This document shows, piece after piece, positions 44,810-59,262 of a stretch of 64,000 bases of DNA. Below the pieces are notes generated by a model, which had not been told where the DNA came from, did no database searches, and was given only the letters and a program-made list of their open reading frames with translations. Both the position numbers and the translations under genes were made by a program. This stretch comes from Hydrolagus colliei (Eukaryota), in assembly GCA_035084275.1 (NCBI GenBank), contig JAYJKW010000399.1:496001-560000 (forward strand), given 5' to 3'. Each line of letters starts with the position of its first letter. Position 1 is the first letter of the stretch.

Positions 44810-47439
44810 GAGCCAGTGAGCCATTAATCTTTTGAGCCAGAGAGACAGTGATCGAATGAGCCAGTGAGTGAGCTGGAAAGACAATCAAAGCGCGAATATT
44901 ACTGATGTTTTTAAACAGTAAATGTTGACCATGAATGACCCAAAAAAAGAATCTATCTCCAGTTTTTACATTTTATCTTACGGGGCGATATATTCGCATA
45001 ACGTTATTTTGCAAGGACTGGAGTAAAGGGGGAGCGAACTTTGTTGTATCTCAAAAGATGGTAGTAGAAAAAAAGCAATTCGTGTTTATTCGTCATTATT
45101 CACTTGGTTCACATCGATTAACTTGAGTTGTAGAAATATTCAATTTGATTGTACATTTTTCTGCAAATCATATGCGCCTTGAGCAGCTGCCCTGCGTGTA
45201 GGGCGATTTATCAATACAAGGTTTTGCTATCTGTGGAATACTGTGCTCTTTGGACAGTGAGCCATTTGATGTTGGTCTGCTTGAAATAATAACAATAACA
45301 GCAATAAAAAGGAAGCCTTGCATTTGGTATAGCGGCTTCTCATATTTTATCGACTTTTCAGCGCGCTTCACGGATTGTACTGTGAAATGAATTGACTATA
45401 CATTTGTGGACAATATGCAGCGGCCCACAGCAACGTCCCCACAAACAGAGGTGTCTTGAAATACCCAATGTTTTGTGGTGAGATATTTCGGGATATGGGC
45501 GACCAGTCGGAGGTCGAATAAGGCGGTGAAGGTGAGGCATCGGATGTGGGGGAGGAAGCACAGTTGGGATTCTGACCTGACGCCAAGTTGGCGCGCGGAT
45601 TCGGAGATTGTTAGTTGATAACTTTTGTCGTTATCGTCAATCACAAACGATGTAAAAGCTACATGATGCCAACATGACATGGTTTCCATTCTCAAGTAGA
45701 CAGTCGGGGACTGGAGAAAATAAACGCAACAGCAACTGACACTGGCGATGCGGAAATAATGTACAATCAATCTTTCTCAAGAATAATACTTTAATTAGCA
45801 AACGGGCATTTTAGAATATTTTGTATCTCTTCTCTAAATTTGCTCTGAGTCAACACATAGATAAAAGTGTTTGTACAGCAGCTGAGTAGCTGAAGCATCA
45901 GTCCAGTTTCTTGGACGATAAACGGAGTGCTAATGTCTGTAGATTTATAGTTGTAGTTAACAACTGACCATTTTAAAGAACGTATAATATTTGTCAACCG
46001 CAAAATTAGAAACGTGCCAGATATAGCAAAGAGCAAAATTATGGATTTTCGCCGTTTCTCCATCTCGGGATCATTTTGGTTATTCCCATTGCTGTCTCCC
46101 CGGATTCTCCTGCGGGCTCTGCTGGCCACTAAAATATGTCTGACATTCAGGGCATTGACGAGGATAATGAGAACGGATACCATTAGAGGATTGAACACAC
46201 GAATCAACCATTGGAAAGATTTCCAATACCATGAAGTGTGAAAACTAGATTTTTCAATGTAATACTTCGGTATCTTATCTATGACAAGCGGAGCGTAAAC
46301 AAAATAAATTGGAATACATTGCACACAGCTGACCACACATAGTGTTGAAAAAAGCCAAACTGGCCGTTTTGACACAGCAATATCTGTGCTTTATTTTCTG
46401 GCAACAAATGGCGACACAGCGATCAAAGGTGAAGGCGAGTGTTAGCCAAATGGAACATAGACAAGCAGAGACCAGCAGAACATTTCTCAATCTACACACT
46501 GGTGTATAGTACAAGAAGCTGAAGGGCAGATACATGTTGTTCATGCGATTCCGTATCACATCGCTGATAATAACCATTATTTCTGACACAGCCATGGTCT
46601 CCATATAGAGAGTGACGACTTTGGAGAGGCCACACCTTCCCCTGGACAGAATTACAATTGCCAGCACATTCACTAAAAAAAAAAGAGAGAAAAAATTGTG
46701 AAAATAAATGTGACAAAAATATAATTCAGCTCTGATTAAAGAACATTGATAGCAATAAAATCAGAGCGAAGCAGTAAACGCTCCCGAGTTAGTTGGTGAT
46801 ATATGGCTGAGCAGGTTCGCGTCAAACCATTCGAGTCATCTTTATGAATACAAATTGCCACGTCACGTTTGAACACATAATGTTATATATCGATTAATTG
46901 ATATCCTCTTCAGTAAACAAATCTTTTTTTCCCGTGATTGTTCTGTATATGTTAGTCAACGCTGAGTTACCGGAATCCAGAACTTTCAACAATAAGCCCA
47001 GACACAATGAGCTTTCCAGCTTTCTTTGAGGAAACATTCTATGTTGCTCCTAGACTGACCTTTTAGCTATTACATGTAATGGCTTAACAGGGGACATCAT
47101 CGTCTCTGTCCTGAAATGTTCAACACATTTAAAGCGTGATTATCTGCATGTAACGCAGCTCAGGCATCAAAATAATCCTTGGTTTGTGTAACACAATCCG
47201 AGTAATGTTGTAACTTCCAATCAATGGCGAGCAGGTCCACTTTAGCACAACAACAAGCATTCACATGGTGCTCTTAAAGCCGGCGGCTGTCAGAGTGAAC
47301 GCTGCGAAAGATATTCAGCGATTTAATACACAGCCCAAAAATATACAAAGTATTCACTTTGCAGTAAATTATATGAAGCGCTTTGAGACGTAATAATACT
47401 ATTCCGTAGGGTTGGCATTTGATATCGCGTTTTTAGTGT

Positions 47440-48006
47440 CTTATCGACTGTGCCTCAGTTCCTCTTTTCCGAAGCACTCCTCGTCGATATCCCCTCTTCC
47501 ACAATCCACAGAGTCCAGCTCATTCCGCACTCTGCCACCCACCTTCTCACCCGCACCAAACTTAGCTCCCACGTTACCATAGTCCTTGCCATAATTCACT
47601 GGCTCCCTGTCCCAGGGTGGATCGAATTGAAGACCATCACCCTTGTTTTCAAATTACTGCGCTCTTTTAGACCCCCGACCTCTCTAAAGTCGTCTCTACT
47701 CAAACTAGCTCCCGTGGCCTTCGCACCACTGTGTCTGGATTCCTCCATGTCCCCCGAATCATCCGCTCCACACTCAGTGGCCATGCCTTCAGCCAATCTG
47801 CCCCTACTCTTTGGAATTCCCTTCCTCACTACTTTCGCCTCGCCACCTCTGTTCGCAGCTTTAGATACCAGCAGAAGACCTTTCTCTTCTACCGCGCCTT
47901 TGGTCACCTTTCTACCACTGCACCTGCCCGTTCCCGAGCTCCAAGACGACGTTCGGCGTGAATGGCGCTATATAGATCGAAGTTGTTATTGGTGTCGATG
48001 TTGTTG
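47440..48006 (+). mobile_element. L2 LINE 3' fragment with tail
   Basis: IHWLPVPGWIELK..SGFLHVPRI..SGHAFS..LWNSLP; tail gatcgaagttgttattgg. Confidence 0.85.
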
Positions 48007-48899
48007 ATTCACAGAATATTCTGTAAAATGAATCGACTGTAAATTTGTGGTCGAAATGCGGATGCCAGTAGCGAATAGCCGTATCCCCACAAAGAATCCT
48101 GAATTCAAATGAGCGATTTATTGTAGTTTGTTTGGTCTATTATTATTAGTCGTGTGGAGAAAGGAAGTTTGCCCAATGTTGCTCCCTGACTAGGTTAAAT
48201 TGGAAGCACGGGTCTCACGTTTTCAAGACGAGTGCTCCAACCAACGGAGTTAAAGGACTCCACATCTAGAATACGTGAAAACCTGTATATCAAATGCAAG
48301 GATTATAAGTCTTTTCTCTTTTGAATGGGGAGAATTAATCCATCGTTTTATACGGGCACTTCAACGGAGGAAACGCCACATGGGGTAGTGTTCCGGAGCG
48401 CTTGTTAATAGTGGAGACTGACACCGAGCCACTGATAGAAGGAGTAGAACGTGAATGTAAAGTTGAACTAAACGGAACGTCTTCGGGTGGGATGTGAGTG
48501 AGGTGGCAACCCGGAATGTTTGAGTGAGAAAATTTCAGATTTCCTGAGTGTGCTGGCTGCAAGCTATGCTCAACGGAATGGATGGTTGGCACAGGGTATG
48601 TGAGCTGGAGCCAGGCGATGAGAGGTAAATGGTGAAGGGGAATGGGTTCCCCAGGATTGAGATTAAAATTAGTGCGTTGTCAGGGCATCTCGTACCCTGA
48701 TTTTTGGTGCACCAGGATCAGATTGGTATGATCATTCGCCACACCACTATCACATCCCTTAGTTATCGAACGTTACCGTCTCCTGCGACATCCCCCCGAC
48801 GTGAATGGAGCTCTATCAATGTATTTTTGTTTGTTTTTGCAGTAATTGTTTAAAGTATCCGCGCCAACAGTCGCCTCTGGATCAGCGTACAATATGTCC

Positions 48900-49270
48900 A
48901 CTCCCTCTGCAATAAAACATGCAGCATCCGAGCAATTATTAGGATGAAAATATCAACCTTTTCCTTCCCACGAAAATCTGGGTCGCTCCAGGCGCCATCG
49001 TTGCCCTTAACAGAAGCCACAACAGGCGTCTACACCATCCATTGTACCTCACCACCGAATCGCCACTATAGTACTGCAGCTCCTTACGGCCTGGCCCCTC
49101 TTGACCGATTACCCTTCTCCTCTGACATCATTCCCTCCTATGTGCAAACGTCAAATGCATATCTCAAAATCCACCTAATCTATCGCACCTCAAAGCACTC
49201 CTCCAAATTACACCCTTCCCACTCAACTCAGAACACCTTATACCTCCTCTATCTCTGCTAAATTCTTCTC
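48900..49270 (+). mobile_element. Possible L2 endonuclease-domain remnant
   Basis: LKIHLIYRTSK resembles the APE IYRPP motif; heavily degenerate. Confidence 0.35.
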
Positions 49271-50049
49271 CCTCCTTTTCTTCCTGAAACGTTCCCACGA
49301 AATGCACTGTCTGAGAGAAATTGACTGCCAATCAATTAACAATCTTGTTTCTACTTACTGCTTATGTAAATATAGTTCGTGTGGAATACAGAAAGTGGCC
49401 GACAGTTTCACACTCCTGGGGATCGAACCATGGTTCTCTCGCATACGAGCTGAGTGCTAAAACTACCTAGCTACTAGTCCTTCCAAGTAAACTATTTTTC
49501 CTACAGTGGTGTCCTCTAGCGGAGTTTATAGCTCGCTCAGCTGGCAGACGAGACGATGTGAGAACAAATCCTGAACGGAAAGAATATTGAAGAAATTTTC
49601 AAAGTTAATTTACCTCTGTCTAACCAGAAGGAGGTAGCAATTGGGTGGTTAGATGAACTTTGAGCGCTTAGCGATGCAACCTTGTCATGGTAAATTGTAT
49701 CAAACGCAGCTATTATTAGCATTCTATTTCATGTATATATTCATAATACAGTGCTTCATAACATATTATTGTCTAAAACAAAATTATTTATCTTGTGTTT
49801 GAACAAATCAATACTTCCTGGTTTTTCCATCGCCCAAGGTAATTTACTCCATGCATTTACCATTCGATCACTATTACAGTGTTTCCGCAGATTATATTTG
49901 AATTCACCCCCCGGCTTTTAATCGCAGGATACTACCTCTTGTCTCACGTTTTTCGTGATTTTACTGAACGCCTTTACAGTTTGCCAACCTGAATCCGACC
50001 TTCATTCAAACTTCCCAAATCAATAGATTATAGATCAATTGCGTAATAT

Positions 50050-50375
50050 TAATAATCCTTGCATTTGATATAGCGCTTTCCACAACTGATCGATGTCCAA
50101 TTGTGCTTCATCGAACAAACTATAACGTGAATTGACTGTATAGATTTGTGGGCGAATCGCAGCAGCCAATTGCGCACAGCAGTGTCCCACAAATAGTTGT
50201 GGATTGAAATGACGAATTCTACTATCGTGGTATATTGTGGCTGGAGGGATTATTATTAGATGTGCGGAATAAGGAAACTTTCCCAAAGTTTCGCCCTGAC
50301 CTGCCTGGATTCGAACACATGTCTCCCCGTCTTGGTATCCCCAGCTTGCAAGAAAGTGCTCTAACCGCTGAGTCA
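50050..50375 (-). mobile_element. Near full-length tRNA-head / Deu-domain / L2-tail SINE (DeuSINE-type)
   Basis: Reverse complement: actcagcggttagagcac (A box)..gttcgaatcc (B box)..gggcgaaac..gtgggacactgctgtgcgcaattggctgc (Deu)..aaagcgctatatcaaatgcaaggattatt. Confidence 0.85.
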
Positions 50376-50653
50376 TGGGAGATCGACAAGAGGTAACAAA
50401 GAGGTTCTCGTCATGTAACCACTCCGGCCTTTAAAGCATGAGTGAAAAATAATGATTAACACAAGGAAACAAACGGGGAAGACATCTGATGTCTGCATGT
50501 ATTACCAGGTACTCCAATAACTGCGACAATTGGATAGTAAATAGCTTCAACGTCTGAAATTGTTGGAATCCCCATGTGTGAGTGAGAAACGTGTGCCTAT
50601 CCCTGTGAGTCACACGATCTCCGACATTCAGAAGGTACATGTAAACGCGTTAG

Positions 50654-50662
50654 TATTTATAG
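50654..50662 (-). promoter_or_regulatory. Candidate TATA box (CTATAAATA) for GPCR gene 2
   Basis: About 80 nt upstream of the exon-1 ATG on the minus strand. Confidence 0.4.
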
Positions 50663-53600
50663 AGAATATTCGTGGCTCTGGAGAAACCTAGGTAGATGAT
50701 GTCATTGTCATTTTCATTAACCACGCTGGATTGAACATAGCGTCTAAAATAGTACCAAAGAGTAAGCCTTCAGTTTAATGTAGCAACTTCGCACGTCAAC
50801 ATTACATCTTACATTGCTTCATTCGCACACTGTGCTGCGAAATTAATATTCTGTACATTTCGTGAGCGAACGGCGACAGAATATCCATCTCTGTTGTCCT
50901 ACAAATAGTCGGCGATTGATTGACTAATTTATTAATACTATTTATTAATTAACTTTTCCTCCCTAATGCAATCAGACAATCGACTAACGTAAGCTTGCTG
51001 CTTAATGCTAGCTAAACAAATGTTTGAATTGTAAGGAAACTTGATGGAGAATCAAACCCATTTCTCTGGCTTGTGAGAAGCGTGTTCCACATATAGAGCT
51101 GTAGGATTCAATAAATTATTTTGAGAAGCATACAGAACATACACAACATGTAGAACACGGGGAAGACATAACGATAGAGAAAGAAAGGACATGGTGGATA
51201 GATAGATAGGGATTTTTCTGAGTTTCGTTCTTCATTCACTATAAGTACGGCCAGCATTGGTGGAAAGTTTAGCGCGAGCCACTCCAGAAGCCGGAAGCAG
51301 TCTAATCCATAGAAATATAGAATAGCGTCAGAGCATGCAGGTGTTTGTAAAGAAGTGTGAGTAGTTGTATTTGGAAATTGAAGAATGCCTCGTTGAGATG
51401 GCAATCAGGCGAATTGAGGATATGGAGGTAAACACAGAAACGTTTGCACAATAGTGTAGACTTATCACATCCTTTAGTATTGCAGAGCTGATCTGTATCT
51501 CAACTCTAATTAGCCACCCTTTCTATTATCCCTTAATAAACTCACCTAACGCACTATTCACTAGTAGAAACACCGGGAGCCTCCGGGAACACCCAGCAGT
51601 TCTCGTAGCATCTGCAGACAAAATAAATCGAGTTAGCATTTCGGATGCAAGACATTGCGTCAGAATTGTGGCAGTTTGGCAGTGAGACGCTTTTGAGGAA
51701 TCAAGTATGTAACGGGTATCAGAACCCGAAGGCAATGGGGACAATTGGGGAGAGGACAGAAGATGATGGTTAGAGAGATGTTTGTGCTGTGAAAAAACGG
51801 CAAGTGGTGGGGTGGAGGGTGGGTGGGTTGTAACATAAATTTAAAGAACTGCTGAAAATGCAAAACGAAGATGGGGGAGAAATTGCAACAGATCAGGAAG
51901 ACCAGCGAGAGAAAATCTGTTTCCCGAAACGGTTGATGCCATAAAAACCACAGAAGAGGGGGTGAAGACATTGAGCTATTATGATCTGAAATTGCTTAAA
52001 TCAATATTTGAGATGAGAGCGCTGTAGATATATATCCACTCGAGTGCTGGAGAAATTAATAGCTTCAGCACCCACCGCATTTTGGGGCAAAAGGTTCCAA
52101 ATCTCTAATTACTTTGTGTGAAAAGCTACCTACCATTTTAATTCCTATGTGGCCTAGCTATAATTTTCAGATAGATATGGAAAATCTTAACCACTCAGCA
52201 TTCTAATCTCAATGGAATAGAGACGTGTTTCATAATGTATCCCTATTCGCTCGATCATTATTCTGGTGTTTATTGAATATCCCCACACCAGAGCCAACAG
52301 TTCCTTCGTGAGGAACGATAACTACAAATGAACTATAATATGTCGTCTATCCAACGCTGACCTGTTGAATTTAAACATAATTTTCACTCCTTTACATTCC
52401 GTTTTGCTGGACGGTAAGGGCTCCATGCCAATTAGCTTTTTAGTAGCAGTCTCTAATTCTGAACCTATTTTAGAGATTTGTGTATGTAGGCACCCAAATG
52501 CATTTGATCTTGTACAGCTCAAGGCTTCTCACAAAGTAGAACATATTTTGTATTGCTATTTGGGGACACGTAGTGAATATGAGCTGTACTCCACATTAAA
52601 TTCATTTCCCACGGTTTCGCCCTCTCAATTAATCTATCTGATACACTTTGTATCTGTGTACTCTCATCTACGTGATTCGCCGTAGCACCCAGGAAACACT
52701 GTCAATTGCAATTTTACCTCCGATTCCCAGCACCTTTTCTTTTGCTACTACATAGCAGTTTGGAAAGATGTCCAATTTCTTTCAGTAGCCCAAGGCGGCG
52801 TCAATGATTGGTGTTCTCTGATCCACCACCATTGTGTGTTCGTTGAATGTTAAAAGTTCCAATTTCAAAAGACACACATGAACCCCATATTTCACAAAGC
52901 CTTGCTGATTCTCTGTCATCACGTTCGTTTTTGTCCAGATGGTGGTGGCAGGGGAGAGATTATATTAACTGAAGATAAGATTTATTCTGTCGTTAAAAAA
53001 ATTCAGTAACGATTTTCGTTGCACTACAATTCGTCAGAACTGAAAACCTGAATTGAGTTCTGAGAAAGGATAATGATTCTGTTAGAATGATTCAAATTGG
53101 TAAAATGTTGATAATGAAGTCTATTGTGAAATTGTCAATCAATCATTTAAATCTTTCAATATTATAGCTCCTTTCAAATCTAAAGGACGTCCCAAGGCGC
53201 TGGAAAGTTAGGTAGGGACACGATCTAGTGGTGGGGGAGGCGATAGGTTGTGGTTGGGGCAGGATGAATAAGAGTAGGAAAAGTGACTGTTTATGTGCGG
53301 ACGAAATACGGCAGCCAAATTGCGGCAATCAGTGTCCCACAAACAGACAAGAAAGTGAGACCAGGGGAAAAGGTGAGGGAAAGATGGCCAGGTGCGGGGT
53401 CGGAGCATGGGGAAGGAGAGCAATGAAGCCAACTGTACGTTTGTGGGCGAAATCATCGTTTGCTACTTCAAGTAGCTTGGATCAACATCAGTAAGTAAGT
53501 GCGTTCCGATTCCCATCAAGGCTGTCAGAACTGATGACCATGACCAGCGGCATGGTAGACGCCGTGTATTGGGTTAATAGAGGGTGGAGGGCAGGAAGCA

Positions 53601-54029
53601 TTGAAATGCAGCCAAAGGAACAATTGAACGGCACTTTGTTCAGATGTTATGTAAAGATGGCAAGAGTGATAATCAGGCTAATGGAATAGAGATCCAAATT
53701 TTGAGGTCTAAAAGCCTGATGATCTCTTCGGCGATCCGGGAGGTGGACGTGGAGCAGGCAATCTTATACTGAGTGAACAGCGTCGATAGGTTGTTAAACG
53801 GCTGTCAGCCTTCGTCAAGCTTGGTTTCACCTTTATAAAGCCATGTTGACTCTGCCTTGTCATGTCTTCGTCTGCCAAGTACCACTTATGCCAGGAAGGC
53901 GCAAGGCTTGAATGGATTTGAAGGCGAAAACGGGCTGTAATTCTGTCCTATGTGGGATGGGGAGACATTGGCAAGGACGTGGGATGATGTGGACACAGAG
54001 CCGTATGCTAAAAACAAAAAGTAACGTAT

Positions 54030-55410
54030 CAACTTCATTCTTGAATATATTCAAGGACTGACCATTTACAATCTTTTAGAGAATCTCATAAATCCCGTGC
54101 ACTCTGACAGGAAAAGTGCTTACTCAACTCAGCGCTAGAAAGCCGCCCCGTAACCCTATGACTATGACACCCCAGTTATAGTTTCTCCAACCAGTGAAAA
54201 CAGTACTCAAATCTGTTGTGGCCACTATTAATATTTTATGTTTCTGTAAGATCACATATAATTCTTAGATATTCTAGAGAATATAGGCCTAGATTAGTCA
54301 ATAGATCCTCACAGCTCATTCCCCTTATCCCAGGTACCAACTCGGGGAATCTACGATGCACATCCTTTCTTACGTAAAGTGACGAAAACTGCACACTATA
54401 TATAATCATAATATTTATTCATCGATCAGAATGATAAACATCAAAGCCCTATACAGCTGCAGCAAGACTTCCCTACTCTTATATTCTAACACTTTTCTAA
54501 TCAACGCAAACATGCTATTAGCCTTCCTAGTTGCTTGCTGTTAATGCAAACTAACTTTTTCCGACTGTTGTAAAAGGACACCCAAATCCCGTTGAACACG
54601 AGGTTATCTAGTTTCTCACTTGCTAGAAAATTATCCGCATTTGGGTTTTTGTTACCTAGGTGAATAGCGTCACACTTCCCAAATTTGATTCAATCTGCCA
54701 TCTTTATGCCCACTCACACAGTCTGTCTATATCCCGTTACATTTTGTTTGTGTCATTCTTGGACCTTTCGCTCCCTCCTACCTTTCTATATTCAGCGAAT
54801 TTAGATATTTTAGTTTCTAAGACTTCGTCCGTATTATTGATACAGTTGTTAAATATTTGAAGCGAAAACTGACCATTGTGATACTCCACTTATCACGCCT
54901 TGCGAATAGAAGAAGGACCCGTTTATATCTACTCTCTACTCTACTTCCTGTCAGCCACTCTTCAATCCATGCCAATATATCGCCTTTAATTCCATGGCCC
55001 TTAAGATTGTTTATCAGCCATTACTGTGACACCTTGTCGAACGTGTAATGTAAATCTAAATCCATTACATCTATAGATTCTTCCCTATAGACCTTTACAG
55101 GTACATCTTTTGTCAAGGTTGACATCTCCTTTGTAAAGCCTTTGATGATCTGTCTTGTCATGTTATGTTCTTCTAATTTCTACCTAAGGACCCCACTGTT
55201 TTAGTATTCTAGAAATTTCCGTCCCACTGCTGTCAGTCTACCTGATCTATAGCTCTGCATCTTCTCTCCACACCATTCTTAAATATTAGTGTTACGTTTG
55301 AGATCTTCCAATCCATGCGACCTGTTCCAGAATGAGGAGAATTCTGGAAGATCAACGAATATCTCTTCAGCCACCTGTTTATAAATCAGAGGATGCAGGT
55401 CATCAGCACA
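54030..55410 (-). mobile_element. Old CR1 LINE ORF2 3' portion
   Basis: Minus-strand remnants of YRSGRLT, VMDLD..TFDKV, W..KWQIESNL.KC, KANSMF, YRALM and LEYLRI motifs. Confidence 0.75.
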
Positions 55411-57459
55411 GAATCTTCTCTGATCCTGTGTTAGGTGTTCAGAATATCACTATAATAGTTCTGCCGAAGCATTGTCGATTTTAGATGACCTATGCTTGCG
55501 TGTTAGTATTGTCGTACTCGCTCTCAAGTCAGCTCAATTCCCATATCTCTATCCTTCATCAAAGAGTACCTGGCTTCTGTAACGCCGCAATCACTGCAAC
55601 AATAGAGGACATGGTTTCAGCCATTGGATATTGACGATGCCTGCTTCTAGTTATTCTCCCTTTCCATATCATTGGCCATCTTTTCTACACTCCCGAACTG
55701 TCTCTAACCATACTTTATGCTGATCTCCCCTTTTGGTACGAATCACCTTCAAGCTCAGGCACTATTAGTTGCTCAAACGCTGCACCACGTGTGGCGTCCG
55801 CAGCAGGAACACAACATGAGAATGTTCAAATATGTTTTTCGAAAAAAAAAGATTACTTTTATCATGACTAAGCTTTCATACAAATTGTTGAGGAGATGGT
55901 GGGCCTGGGTGAGGAGGAGCGATTAGCATGTTGCAACTGGAGTAGAGTAGGATGAGTCGCAATTCATGCGCTTTGAGATGCAGCCCTTAATATGTAAGTG
56001 AAAGCTGTTGTCGATATCACTATGCTCCTTAATCTTCTGGGTGGAATACAAAACTGTGAAAATGACCAACTGTTTCTATCTTCTACCAAAAACTAGCAAC
56101 GGGGAGAGTGACCTGAGGCTGATCAGGGTAAAAAAGTAAAAGTAAAACTTCTGCAGCTGGCTTCCCAGAAGCAATGATGTAGCAAAAGATTTCGATTATT
56201 TCAGGTAGAATTCCGACAGATTTCTGTTGAAAAATAATTTATAAGTGTACGCTGAGTGTACACAGCGCCGCTGCAGCTTCTGCGAGGATGTCAAACTAGA
56301 TGGACTTGGCCTTCTTTCGTCGTGTAAATTCCTTTGCTCTAATAAGAATTCTTGCATTTTGATATAGCGGCTTCTTACGTTGGTTACAGTTCGAAGTGCT
56401 TCACAAATTATAAAGTAATGGTATTTAGTAGATTGTTGGCCAGGAATCTTGGATGAACTCCCGTTGTAGTAAGGCAGATGGTGTGCAGAGTAGGATGCTG
56501 GTTGTGTACAGACTGGCTCATGGCAATGTACCTGACGTGGAGGCCATTAATATTGAGCTCTAGATGTACAGAGGATTTCCACTGAGTTCCGTGTTGTTGC
56601 GATATATCTTCACCCATTCACTGTCTTACACGAAAATCAGGCACTTGATTGGATCAAGAAGAAATATGGTGTATAGCAATGTCATGTCGAATGTGTACGA
56701 TCAATTTATCAGATGGCTTACGAAAAAAAGAGCAGAGCTCGTCATAAGGCGAAGGGTAAAATCCCTAAAGCACTTTATGTAGCTCGAATGATGAGACGAG
56801 AAACCACGGGAATATATTACTCAAATTATTACATATAATCCCGAATGTGTAATCGAGCTCTAAGATCTAAGTACATTTTGTTGTTTGGTCTGTTTTAGCA
56901 TTCCTGTTGATGTAGATGTGAGGCAAACCGGTATAGATGTATTCGTCAATGATACTTCTGGCAATGAGGTGGACAGATTATGAAGCTCTATCGAAGAGCT
57001 TCCACAGTCACGATGGGCAGAACGGCCTCCATCTGTGATCAAGATTCTATTTCTCTGAGCCCACTTTTACTTGGACCCTGCTTTGTTCTGTTCCTTTCCA
57101 CTCTGAGAAGCGACGAAGGCCACTCAAGCCATTCTGCTCTCTGATCAAGTGCAGGAAGACAGCAATGCAGTTAAATGTTGTGTCTCACACAACGTTGCAG
57201 ACCCAATTCAGTTTGCTATCATTGAGCTCCGAATAATTCCATAGAGATGATTCTTGCCTCACATTTGCAAAGATTAGGAAAAGATTGAGGGGCATTCGTC
57301 GGAATGGAGAAACTGCTGCAGTGAGACATGGCTCAGACTAGTTTCTGCAGAGCAGGAACTGCACAAAGTGAGTGATTAACTGTATCTGAGGGATGTTTTT
57401 TGTTGATTACGAGAAACGCCCTGATATTTTTGAATAACGCCAAGGAAAATGCGAACATC

Positions 57460-58060
57460 CACATTGACTATTGAAACTCCCTCCTAGTCTGCCTTGCAGG
57501 TTCTTCGCTTCATCAGCTCCAGAACATCCAGAACTCTGCAGCTCGTATCCCCACCCGCACCAAGCGCCGCGACCACATCACTCCAACCCTCGCCCGGCTC
57601 CATTGGCTCTCCATCCCCCCCAGAGGATACAAACTAATATCTTCGTCCTGACCTTTAAACGCCATTCACGGCCTTACCCCCCACTACCTCTCCGACCCGC
57701 TGTCCCCCTATGAACCTCCGGAACCCCTCCGTTCATTGGGATCCGGTCAGCTCTGTGTCCCCCGCCCGATCCGCCCTTTCATCCGCGTTCATCCTCTCTT
57801 GCCCTGTCAATCTGGAACTCCATCCCACGATCCCTTTGTCTCGTTCCCTCCCTTACCAGCTGGAAAGCCGAAGTCAAGAACTTCCTCTTAGACCGTGCCA
57901 TCTGCTGCACTCCCAAACTCTCACTTCACCTCCTAACTCCCTCGCCACTACCTTGTACCTCTCCCATGCTCGATTCGTAACCTGACTGTTCGGCGCCTTG
58001 GTACGTCCTCCCGATGTGAAAGGCGCTCTGTAGATATAATTTTGTTGTTGAAGTTGTTGC
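57460..58060 (+). mobile_element. L2 LINE 3' fragment
   Basis: LHQLQNIQNSAARI..DHITPTLARLHWL; tail aaaggcgctctgtagatataattttgttgttg. Confidence 0.8.
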
Positions 58061-59262
58061 TGAACAAAAACCGCAGTGTAAACTCGCACATAAAAGACCG
58101 CACCCCCGGTAATGCAACACATCCCCAGCAAAACACTAGAATCACAATTTTTCTTACTAAGAGTCTCGAGTGAAACCAATGTGCCGGACAGAAAACTTTG
58201 CAAATGGCACCGCAGTTCATAGATAGACGCGTGAAATGTCTGAAAGTCATATTGGGATTCTATGGAGTGGCAAACATTTCTCCATTAGATATTTAAATTT
58301 CACCAGTAATACAGCGACACTACTCGTGTCCGAAGACTTTGATTCTTCACATTTCAGCCAATACTCTCAAGATGTTAGTTGAAATAAAGATGTACAGTGC
58401 GAATACAGTGCGAATAATTATCCTATTAATTCATATCGTTGTTTATTATCTCTTCAAAACGGCCACACCAACGCTCACAGAATATATTCTACAGCGATTT
58501 CTTTATTGTGAATTTTTGGTTGAAGCGTGAGGTTATAACGAAAATCTAGATCAAGCTACAGACATTTAGTTTGCCTTCCAACTTCCTACTTGTCGCAGTC
58601 ATGTGTGCCCGTGAACAATATATGTACTATGTTACAATAACGTCTAAAATAACCTTAATCTAATTTTAATTTTAAAGAATCAACACTTAATGCTTCCACT
58701 TTCTACTTAGTCAATATATTCCACAGCTGTACTGTTTAATCACTGAAATTGTGCTTCTGTAGATTCGAAATATAGGAGACATTTTGCACACAGTAAATTC
58801 CCGAGGTTCACCAATGAAGTGAGCGATTAATTGTATCTGGCGGACTGTTGGCCAGGAAACGCAGAGAATTTCACTGCACTTTTAGAATTGTGATCAGGGA
58901 TATTGTAGCATTCGCCTGTACTGGCAGCCAGAACCTATGTTTAACAGCTACTTCGTAAATGCAATCTATAACACAGAGACGCAGACTCACACACAAATAG
59001 ACACACAAACAAACAAACTCACACACATTTACAGTTGGAGTGAGGGCGAAGACAGACAGGGTTAGAGAGGGCACAAAACCACACCCACTCTTGGAGATAG
59101 AGACACACACAGACACACACACACAAATGAACTGGTAAAGAGGGACAGATGCATACACGTGCACCACACACGGAATGAGAGAGAGGTGGAAAGCGAGTAA
59201 CAGAAAGGGTTAGAGACAGCAACCAAGCAGCTATATAGGAAAGAGCAAGAGAGAGAGAGCCA

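Larger units (their letters stand above)
45791..50575 (-). pseudogene. GPR139-like GPCR gene 2, frameshifted (exon 1 50575-50506; exon 2 46672-45791)
   Basis: Exon 1 MGIPTISDVEAIYYPIVAVIGVP|gtaata. Exon 2 tttag|TG NVLAIVILSRGRCGLSK..FDRCVAICCQK. +1 T in the homopolymer at 46348-46353 splits ORFs 46275-46673 and 45791-46375. ECL2 Cys is lost and TM2 D is replaced by E. Confidence 0.85.

Noticed and set aside
44525-44888. ORFs spanning the X-run
   Set aside because: Artefacts of the assembly gap
51570-51700. Possible Penelope-like repeat remnant (cagcag..gcagcatctg..gttagcatttc)
   Set aside because: Too short and degenerate to call without a database search
56400-57200. Unique-looking, moderately GC-rich stretch that might hide exons
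   Set aside because: No recognisable protein motif or convincing splice-bounded frame in any translation I could read
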